DNA from: Coniocarpon cinnabarinum | Lineage: Eukaryota | Direction: 5' to 3' | DNA length: 20,000 bases | NCBI GenBank assembly: GCA_051942205.1 | Contig: JAVECO010000116.1 | Coordinates: 54,116 to 74,115, forward strand | In this document: piece by piece, positions 10,040 through 18,500 of the stretch | Layout: every line of letters begins with the position of its first letter | How positions within the stretch are numbered: position 1 is the stretch's first letter | Translations under genes and position numbers: made by a program | Notes under the pieces: model-generated | What the model was told of the DNA's origin: nothing | Seen by the model: only the letters and a program-made list of their open reading frames with translations | The model's database searches: none

Positions 10040-11266
10040 ATGCACCAGAAGCTTTGTCTTGCTGTCTCGCAGTCCCGTACTCTTGAAACAACTGCTCAGA
10101 CCCTCTCTTCGCTCGAGGATACTGTCCAGACGGCCCAACGTGATCACAATGTTGATCTCATCCTCTTCCCTGAGGCGTACCTTGGGGGTTACCCTCGCAC
10201 CTGCAACTTCGGCGCTGCAGTTGGAGCACGCTCCGAAGAGGGTCGTGAGCAGTTCTTGAAGTATTTCCATGCTGCTGTCGACCTCGGTGACACGCCTGAA
10301 GGTGCAGACGCCGACTGGATTGAGCGTAAGCTCGCTGTCGCCAGGGGGAAGGAGTTCAGGGGTGATGGAACACGAGAGGCGCTGGAACGGATTGCCAGAG
10401 AGACTGGCGTTTTCATTGTGACTGGTATTGTCGAACGGTCCGGCGGGTCATTGTACTGTGCTGTTCTGTTCGTCGACCCTTCACAGGGCGTCATCGGCAA
10501 GCGACGCAAGGTTATGCCCACCGGCACCGAACGCTTGATCTGGGCACAAGGCTCTCCGCGAACATTGCGTGCTGTTGTAGCTGAGGTCAAAGGGGTACGC
10601 ATAGTCATGGGTGCTGCAATCTGTTGGGAGAATTACATGCCCTTATTACGCCAAAGCTTGTACCAACAAAATGTGGGATTGTATCTTGCTCCGACAGCCG
10701 ATGCGAGAGACACATGGGCATCACTCATGCGGACTGTTGGAGCCGAAGGGAGATGTTTTGTTCTGAGCGCCAACCAATGTCAAAGAAGGGGCCACCTGCC
10801 TGAATGGATACGACGTCCATCAACGATGGTAGAGGAGAGGAGGGAGGGTGTACTGGAAGAACATATTGATCCACGCTCGCAAGGTGGACGAAGAAGGCGA
10901 AGCTCGCTGATCTCGAAGACGGATGACGGGCATGGGATTGCTCTGAAGACAGGACCATCGGTCATGGATGATGACTGTTCAAAAGTGATCTCTGTCACTA
11001 CCAAAGACAACGAATCTCCTAGCGAGTTCTTGAACCATGAAGACGATCAATTCATCTGCCGCGGTGGCAGTTGCATCGTCAATCCTGCCGGTCGGCTTGT
11101 CAAAGGGCCGTTATGGGAGGTAGACAACGGTGGGCTGTTGTGTTTTCAGGCTGATTTCGAAGACTGTGAGCGGGGAAGGCTTGATCTAGACGTTGCTGGC
11201 TCGTACTCACGCAATGATTCGTTCAAACTCAGCGTCGCCGGCTTGGACTTGAGTCCTCCGCCATGA
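10040..11266 (+). CDS. Nitrilase / carbon-nitrogen hydrolase (NIT1-like), ~408 aa, intronless
   Basis: Catalytic triad motifs [13 protein letters not shown] (Glu), [12 protein letters not shown] (Lys) and [12 protein letters not shown] (Cys); C-terminal GGSCIVNP and [13 protein letters not shown] at 10040 in GCCAAAATG context. Confidence 0.95.
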   Translation: MHQKLCLAVSQSRTLETTAQTLSSLEDTVQTAQRDHNVDLILFPEAYLGGYPRTCNFGAAVGARSEEGREQFLKYFHAAVDLGDTPEGADADWIERKLAVARGKEFRGDGTREALERIARETGVFIVTGIVERSGGSLYCAVLFVDPSQGVIGKRRKVMPTGTERLIWAQGSPRTLRAVVAEVKGVRIVMGAAICWENYMPLLRQSLYQQNVGLYLAPTADARDTWASLMRTVGAEGRCFVLSANQCQRRGHLPEWIRRPSTMVEERREGVLEEHIDPRSQGGRRRRSSLISKTDDGHGIALKTGPSVMDDDCSKVISVTTKDNESPSEFLNHEDDQFICRGGSCIVNPAGRLVKGPLWEVDNGGLLCFQADFEDCERGRLDLDVAGSYSRNDSFKLSVAGLDLSPPP

Positions 11267-11333
11267 TCAAACCCGGGAATTCCGCCGTTGTGGGTGTAGT
11301 TGTCCTACTCCAAGGCCCGTAGATGGCCTGCCT

Positions 11334-11592
11334 TTACCGCCGGCGCACGCAAGACGGATACGGCACACCAAAGACGGCGCGCCAGAGCCACAAGGCCACA
11401 ATCAACATGATACCAACCACGCTAACTATGGCCTGGAATCACTCACGTTAGCAATGACACATTCAACGGCAACTGACCATCATCGGCGAGACTGGCACGA
11501 GGCCACGTCGTCGCCGGCACAAAATGGAGATGCAACTCATCGCCATTATGTTAACGCACCAAAACGAGGTACAGGACATTGTCAGGCGTCAT
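11334..11592 (-). CDS. Putative 43-aa single-pass membrane microprotein, 2 exons (11592-11560, 11432-11334)
   Basis: GCCAAC-ATG start context; 127-nt phase-0 intron 11559-11433 (GTGCGT...GCTAAC...TTCCAG). The product MTPDNVLYLVLAIVSVVGIMLIVALWLWRAVFGVPYPSCVRRR* has a hydrophobic helix spanning the splice junction and a basic tail. Confidence 0.6.
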
Positions 11593-11940
11593 GTTGGCAA
11601 CGATGGGATAGAAACACGTAGGGTCTCAACGGACTTCAGAGAAGATTGCGATAGTGACAGCCGGACCGATGGCAATTAGTTCTAATCTCGTTGAATTCTC
11701 GGTAGTCGGGTGTAGTAACAGAGGAGCAAGGTTTGTGAATCTAGCGACGATGAAGGGCAGCCTTAGAAGTGATGCGGACCAGGCAAAACACCAAAACAAG
11801 CAAGACGGCGCATATCAGAGGCGCCGGCGCTAGTGTGAGGGGGCAACGACCGACGCGATGAATCATGTGAATCTCAATACCCACAGACGCCCAACATTTC
11901 AGGCACCAGCACGACGATGGCAACGGTAGGGGGAGCATGA

Positions 11941-11950
11941 GTATATATAT
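11941..11950. promoter_or_regulatory. TATA-like element (TATATATAT)
   Basis: An alternating TA run in otherwise mixed sequence, ~25 nt upstream of the candidate structured RNA and upstream of the minus-strand microprotein gene. Confidence 0.4.
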
Positions 11951-11972
11951 TGCATGCTTCTAATTGCATTCT

Positions 11973-12184
11973 GTCCTCAGGACGGAGGTCCTGGGGACGC
12001 GGTGTGGTGGAGTGGTTAAATCGGTTCTCTAGGTGCGTATTCCCCCCTTCGCCCTCCCCTTGCCTGCTGCCTGCCGTGATACGCCTTTGGGTTCGCAAGA
12101 GTCAAGATTATTTCCTTGTTCCCTTTGTTTTCCTTTTGCCTTGGGCTTCGAGTTCGACTCTTGCCTCTGTTTCTTTTAATTTTT
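11973..12184 (+). ncRNA. Candidate RNA polymerase III-type structured ncRNA or tRNA-derived SINE head; class unknown
   Basis: 11-bp hairpin at 11973-11998; A-box-like TGGTGGAGTGG at 12005-12015; B-box GAGTTCGACTC at 12150-12160; perfect 9-bp helix 12095-12103/12156-12164; first T5 run at 12180-12184; upstream TATA. Confidence 0.45.
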
Positions 12185-14074
12185 GCCGGCCATTCTTTTT
12201 CCATGGGAATCACTGACAGCAGTGCACAAGTCATTGGAGACTGCATTGCTTCTTGCCGAGCAGCATTGACCCTTTGATAGCCGCTATGGATGCCCTTTTC
12301 TTCGTATGTAGTAAGTTTCCCCTAGACATGGTGGTCACCAGATTCTTCTCGTCGTTAACCGCCCCGTGAATTTTTCGGCTTCCCTGCCCCAAAGGCTGTG
12401 CTTCGTCCACCATCTCTATTTCTTTTAAAACCGTGTCGTTCCTGCGCTGCTCGTCCCGCCAGCATTAAATTATCTCGGTCCAATTCCTTCTAGCGTCAGC
12501 TTGTCCACCTTGATACACCTTGCGCCTTCGTCTTTCGTCCTTCGGGCATTGCGCTGCTCAGTAGAGCGCTTGTTCGTGCTCGCAGAATGGTCAAGCACGC
12601 AGCGCTCATTCATCGTCTGGTTTGGATCCTGAATGTGCAATTTGTTCGCTTGTACGACGGATACTATCGGCAATCTACTGACATGTCCTTGAGGCCTTAG
12701 AGCAACATTGTCCCGTTACAAAAACGCCCGTTCTACTCCGCCGTACGATTTGCCTATCCCTGAGTCTAGCTGAGCAAATTTGTCTCGGCCATTCAAGTCA
12801 GTCGTGGTGCAGCGAACCGCCTGAAAAGAAGCACAGAAGTTGCCTTCTTCAACGAGCTAGATCGCGCTCTTCGTGTTTCTCGGGCTAAGCGCAAGTCCTC
12901 CCAAGAGTCCCCTGCAAATTCAGCAAGATTTCAGCCAGTAATAGTTGAGACACGCAGCGAAGGTGGCATGGGAAGTCGAGAGCCTCCGACGATCACATCG
13001 CATACATTGAAGGAAGACGAGACACGTCGTTATGTATCCTTAGAAGCTGTGCATCTCACCACATCGTACCTGGCCTCTATCCTGAACCCTCCTCCAATCT
13101 GGCTGCATGCTTGTTCCACGAGCCTCGAACTACACTCGAACAGACGTTTGGGCTTGAAGGGCTGCAGCTGCGACCAAACGCACCCTTAAACCACTGCATG
13201 GCGAAATGTACTTCTCGACTGCTTTCCGGAGCGCTCATTGAGAAGCTTCTCACGCCACCTGAAGGACCGTGTTGAATCTGCAGCCGATTTGTCCTCCCCA
13301 GGCTCCTGACAGACTTCTCTTCTCCCTGCCCCCTCGAACTGGCGCCTAGACTCGAAGGGCAGTGTCAGACACCAGAGACGGAAAGAATCAAGGGCGAGAG
13401 CAGCATATGGGACTCCTCTTAGGAGAGTGGCAAAAGCAGGTGTCCACGACGATCACAAGCATGCAAGAGGTGAGTGACACTTGTGTTTGAGAATCTCGGA
13501 GTACGAGCAAGTCAAGTCAAGAAGGGACAAGATGCACAGCCGAAGAGCAAGCGCTCCCAACTGGCAGAGCTACATTCAGACTCGCGGCGTGATAATGGAT
13601 ATACTGAACTAGAAATTAACACTCAAAGAAGCACCATCAAGACAACTCTGGGAACAATGCAGACATGGACCAGAACAATCCAAACGCACGTCGTTGCGAT
13701 GTGGACGGTGTCTTTGAGCACTAGCGCTTGAAGCCCCATGGAAAAGCAACGGGCCCAACCGACGCTGTCCTCGGCACTGAGCCGTCTAGCCTTGCGCTGT
13801 CATTGGCCAACACACTTGCGAATCAGCCACGGCATGATAATGATGCAAGGGTGCAAAGCCGAGCCGTGGCATCCACAGACAAGAAGACTGGGCTCCTCAA
13901 GCGAGCAAGTCACTTCAACGTCTACTCGATGTGCGAGCGCTGGGGAAGCTTTCTAATCGCCAAACTCGAGCGATTTCGAACACCACATAAGGCTCAAAAG
14001 CAATGTTCCTGCTTATGCTCGTCGATTCATGTCTTCTAGTCGAGGTTTCACAACAATATAGCAATATAGCCTAG

Positions 14075-15121
14075 CTATCCAATGTTGAATTGCAGGCAGG
14101 AGTAAGAGCAGTGGATAGACAAAAAACCACACTGGATCATCGTGCTGCGCTTGTGCCGACTACTCCAAACATTACGCTCTTTTGTACATTGTGATGTTCG
14201 GTTCTCTTTCGCACAAGGTTCTCTTAGCGTGCTGCAGAGGCCAGACAAGCCTGGATGTGCCCCTGTGTCCATCCCAACAGCTCTCTCTTCAGCTTGTCCA
14301 ATCTGGCTATTCGCGAGCAACGATTGCCTTCTCTTCGACACGAAATCTTGTGAAAACGCTTGTGTCGCCTCTGCCGCCCTCTCCGGCTGCGAGGAGAAGA
14401 GAGCGAACCTGGCCTGCTTGCTGTGGTCTCGCCCTCTGGATGCTACCTACACTGAGCCCCTCATGGTTGTCGAATCTTCTTGATGGCTTCGGGTGTCATC
14501 AGACAACGTTGGCAAAGCAGCAGTGGAGACGCATGGGGTCATTCGTTGGGTGCAGCTAGGCTGGACCCGAAGGACCATGACGAGAAGATTCAGTGGATCT
14601 CTCGTGTCGTTATCGTGCTGGCGACCGGATTTCTGAACCCACACCCTATCTTGTGGTATTAGAGCGCGTTTTTGACATTCACTGTCGAGGTAGTGAGGCA
14701 TGACCGGTGGATACAGGGGAGACAGGCTCGAGTTCTTGCCGCAGACAGCGCTTTGAAACCTTCCAGCAGAGTCAGCTACGTGTACGAGCATCAATGGAAG
14801 CCACCTGAAGCTTCACTTACTGATTAAGACCAGCAAATAAGTGTTTAGACCTCCCAGAGCCCTGCTCGAGCGTCGAATCTGTTTGAATCTGAGATTGCGC
14901 AGGTTTTCGCCGTTCACAAAGGTCGAGACAAACAGATTGCATCTGCTAGTACCCACCCTCGATACTTTCAACGTCCCTGTCAATGCGTGTGTCTCTTGTC
15001 TCCTTGCAATCGCTGCTTCAGGCTTGTGAAAAGAATGCAATTGATACCAGCATCCGCCGAGAGAGTCGAGAGACGTTGAGAATTCTCTGAGAACGGCGGG
15101 CAATTTGACAACGGGACTTCT
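14075..15121 (-). pseudogene. Possible decayed or orphan coding region, product unrecognised
   Basis: ORFs 14813..15103, 14447..14794 and 14075..14341 share one frame of ~349 codons with only two internal stops. An intron-like segment lies at 14820-14760 (GTAAGT...GCTGAC...AAG). No recognisable motif. Confidence 0.25.
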
Positions 15122-15890
15122 CTACGGGCTTGAATCTCACAGTATTCGCTATGATGATGACGCGACGGAGAACATGACTCAAGATCCACGCAGAGGCACA
15201 AGATCCTCGCCTGTGTGTCTGTCCTTTCGAGGTGGGAAAGGTGCGGCACCCCGCACGCAGGCGAGGTGATGACTGTACCACCATCAGAGGTGCGCGATGA
15301 TCATCTGCATTCGCTCTCGATCGCTGTGCCGAAGCGCCGTGAGCTGCAAGACGATGCGAGGATAGAAAGGTGCGGATTTGAGTCGCCGGACAATCAGGCA
15401 CGCCCCGACGACTAAGGGCAAGGGAGGCGAATCGAGGCATCACAGCCGCCAGCAAAGCTCGAGGGTGCCCTTACCGCCTGGCGATGATCTAAGCAGCAGG
15501 TGTAGGTGTCCCTCGTTGCTAGGCGGCAGTCGCAGAAGGTTGCATGGGCCCACCTGGAAGGTGGTCAAAGCAGTCACGGAAAACGATTTCGCGTGCATAC
15601 TTAAGGCTCACCGCTCCCCCTCCTTCTTTTCTTTTTCCTCCTCCTCTTCTCCTCATCCAACAACTTCTCTCCATCTCTCCATCGACTTCACCGTCGACTT
15701 CTTCTCACACCATCTCTCCTTCATCAAGGATATTACCTTTACAAGTTGTTGATTCATCTCTCGAGAGCGGCACTGCCGTCAACACTTCAAATCTGTTGCT
15801 GTCACTGTCAGCAGCTTCTCTGTCTCACTCCTCACTCTCATCCGACAACAAATTTTCTCACTCAAATTCCGCCCCCAAAGACTCTTACAT

Positions 15891-16175
15891 TGGAGCACAG
15901 CGAAGCTCTCGATCTAATTTGGAATTGGCGTACTCGTCAGCAACTCATCAGCTTTACCGCTCTTTGTGGCCGTCGTACGCTTCTGCAGCTACCTCAGTCA
16001 ATCACATTATCTCCTCCACAGAGATTCTTGAATCGGAGTACAATGACACTCCCGATCGACTACTTGGAATTGGCGTGCCCGTCAGCAACTCATCAGCTTT
16101 CCCGTTCTTTGTGGCCGTCGTCTGCTCCTGCAGCGATCATACTCAGTTGCAATACCTTCTCCACACCTGAATTCA
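15891..16175 (+). repeat. Direct repeat family A, 2 copies, period ~145 bp
   Basis: TTGGAATTGGCGT...GTCAGCAACTCATCAGCTTT..CG.TCTTTGTGGCCGTCGT..GCT.CTGCAGC at 15919 and 16064. Confidence 0.9.
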
Positions 16176-16571
16176 TCCATCACCTCTGCTCATCAAGTCC
16201 TCAATCTTGGATCAACTCCACATTCTCTCAAGTGCAAGGTCCATCAATTTCTCATCTGCGATTCGACAACTCGTTCCCCTCATTCACTAGAAGGCACAAG
16301 GCTGACATAACGACAATGACCTCACTCGAAATATCTCTCCATAACCTCAGGTCACCAGTCGACCTTCACGCAGTTCATTTCATTACGCAAGACAACCATC
16401 CTCGATACGGATTAAAGCCTATCTTAAAATCACTGTCTCATCACGCACCATCAGCATTGATACGGTCGAGAATGTGGAAGCTTTTACCGCTGTTACTGTT
16501 ACCAAGAAAGTCCTACCGAGTCATCAAAATCCTATGGAGGACCGGTCGAGCAACTAAATTCAAACCGTGGG

Positions 16572-16742
16572 GTCGGCCATCCCTACTCCACCCATACAGG
16601 GGCTTGGCCTCAGCTTCAGCCTCAGCCGGCCCCACGGTTCCTCTGGAAGGAGGGCGGCCCAGTCATCCTAACTAAGGTTGACTGGCATGCCATATCAGCC
16701 GCACCTTGGGACGTCGGCCATCCCGACCCCACCCATACAGGG
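16572..16742 (+). repeat. Direct repeat family B, 30-bp core x2, period 141 bp
   Basis: GTCGGCCATCCCTACTCCACCCATACAGGG (16572) versus GTCGGCCATCCCGACCCCACCCATACAGGG (16713), 28/30 identical. Confidence 0.85.
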
Positions 16743-16779
16743 TGGTGGTGGTGGCGTGGTCGACGTCCCAGGGTGCAAA

Positions 16780-16833
16780 GAAGCATCCAAATCCCAAGTG
16801 GACAGTCATTGCCACTTGGGATTTAGATGCTTC
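16780..16833. repeat. Near-perfect 22-bp inverted repeat with a 10-nt spacer
   Basis: GAAGCATCCAAATCCCAAGTGG (16780-16801) and CCACTTGGGATTTAGATGCTTC (16812-16833), one mismatch. Weaker outer arms lie at 16761-16770 and 16836-16846. Confidence 0.9.
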
Positions 16834-17065
16834 GTTGGGGGCGTCGTCAGCGCGAGCTATGGGCTGGGCCACTGAAGCCCGGCTCAGACTCAAATGCGGC
16901 CCATGGCTCGCGCTGGCACGCCAAAACCGAATCCCCGAACCAACATCCAGCCTCCCATGTCCCCAGCCCTAGTGCTCAATACTTCCAGGATCTGGCCAAC
17001 CCCATAATTCAAATTCAGAGGCTAGAAATCCTAGACACTTTTCATACACAATCAACAAGAGTTAT

Positions 17066-17350
17066 TCTGGCGCCAGACGCCCAGCCTCACGACTTCATTG
17101 CAGCAACTATGCGCATCAACTGTCAGATAGAACCCCCCCTCAATTCCGACGTTACGTTCATTATAGGGACTTTCTCAGCGCCCGACGCCCAACTACAAGA
17201 CTTCATTGCAGCGACTGCACGCATCAACTATCGGCCACAACCACTCAGGAGTCCAGGATTTTCTCGGCGCCCGACGTCCGATCTCAAGACTTTGTTGCAG
17301 CGGTTGTGCAAGTAACATGTCAGGCAGAACCACTCCGTAGTCCTAAACTC
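17066..17350 (+). repeat. Tandem repeat family C, 3 copies (starts 17070, 17178, 17267), ~36-aa coding-type unit
   Basis: The copies translate to APDAQPHDFIAATMRINCQIEPP, APDAQLQDFIAATARINYRPQPLRSP and APDVRSQDFVAAVVQVTCQAEPLRSP. Periods are 108 and 89 bp; the second implies a frameshifting deletion. Confidence 0.9.
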
Positions 17351-17458
17351 ACTTACGAAGTAATAGCAAGCCTCTCTGGGCCTGGCGAGCCGTCGCACCT
17401 GGACAAGGGTCCTGTGGTTCCGTTGCAGCATTGAAAGAAGCCGTTCATCAAGAAACAA

Positions 17459-18500
17459 TGGCCAAGGTGCAACGGAAAGCCGGCATAGGGATGGCCTGCA
17501 ATTTCTTTGGCGGAAACCAGGATACAGGCCTCATCACCAAGCGCGGATTCTTCTGCCTGGCGAACATAGGCAGCATCCAGCTCTGAGTTCGCCTGTGTGG
17601 CTCCAACAATCCTACGCTGTCAGAACAGTGTCTTGAGGTCTCGATGCGGGGTTGGCATACTCTGTCCATTCAAAACCAGTGAAAAGCCCGCACAGGAATT
17701 GCCCACAGTTTCTTCTCTCGGAAATCAGGATACAGGTCTAAGGCTTGCGTTCCCCGCCTGCTCGACCCAGGCAGCCTCCAGCTTGAGGTTATATATGTGG
17801 TTTGAAAATTTCTACGCTACCTGATGTTATGGTATCGATACGGGGCTGGCATACCCCGTCTAGTCAAGAACAGTGACCAATGTGCAACAGAAAGACCGCA
17901 CAGGAGTTGTCACAATTTATCCTGGCCGAAACACTGACAGTGGCCTTATCAATAAGACGTGCAGATTCTGCCTAGGCAGCATCCAGCGTTGTTGGGCACT
18001 GCACCCACAGCAAGGCAACATGAGGTCATCTGTGTGGCTCCCACAATCTTACGCAACCCGAGCAGGCTGTCGTGGTCTCGACATGGGGCTAGCATACCCC
18101 TTGAAGCTGAGAGTGCTAGTCAAGGTGCAATCGCTTGCTGGCTGCTTTCGGACTCTCACTTCTTTTCTCAACCGACAATAGGCACCGTAACTTCGTTAAG
18201 CGCTCATCAGTATGACGCAGCCCGACTAAAATGCTCTGGTCTCAACTCGGGGCTGGCATCCCCGTGAAGCTGAGAGCACTAGTCAAGGTGCAATCTCTGG
18301 CCTGCTGCCTCCAGACTTGAACGCCTCTTTTTGACCGACAACAGGTCAACGATCATTAGCCCGACTAATGTCTTGTGTTCTTGGCTTGGGTCTGGCATCC
18401 CTGTGAAGCTGAGAGCACTAGTCAAGGTGCAATCGGTGGCCTGCCGTTTCCAGACTCCCACTCCTTGTTTCAATCGACAACAATGATTAAAGGTGCATCG
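17459..18500 (+). repeat. Degenerate tandem repeat family D, ~5-6 units of 138-243 bp
   Basis: The anchor GGGGYTRGCAT occurs at 17648, 17842, 18085 and 18249, with a variant at ~18387. TGAAGCTGAGAGYRCTAGTCAAGGTGCAATC occurs at 18102, 18265 and 18404. CGGAAAYCAGGATACAGG occurs twice (~17511, ~17719). Confidence 0.9.

Noticed and set aside
9534..10091. 185-aa minus ORF and overlapping 157-aa plus ORF between the UBX and nitrilase genes
   Set aside because: They have no recognisable motifs, are called from non-ATG starts, and both overlap the nitrilase promoter and start. Treated as chance ORFs.
11995..12172. Intron-containing tRNA gene
   Set aside because: A and B boxes are present, but the D stem pairs poorly, no acceptor stem matches the expected positions and no anticodon stem closes.
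15746..16675. 309-aa ORF as an intact gene
   Set aside because: It has a TTG start, low-complexity Ser/Leu/Pro composition from CT-rich DNA, and an internal repeat that is out of frame with mostly non-synonymous changes.
18102..18434. CRISPR-like array (31-bp near-identical repeat x3)
   Set aside because: The intervening sequences are 108-132 bp and homologous to each other, there are no cas genes and the context is eukaryotic. It is part of tandem repeat family D.
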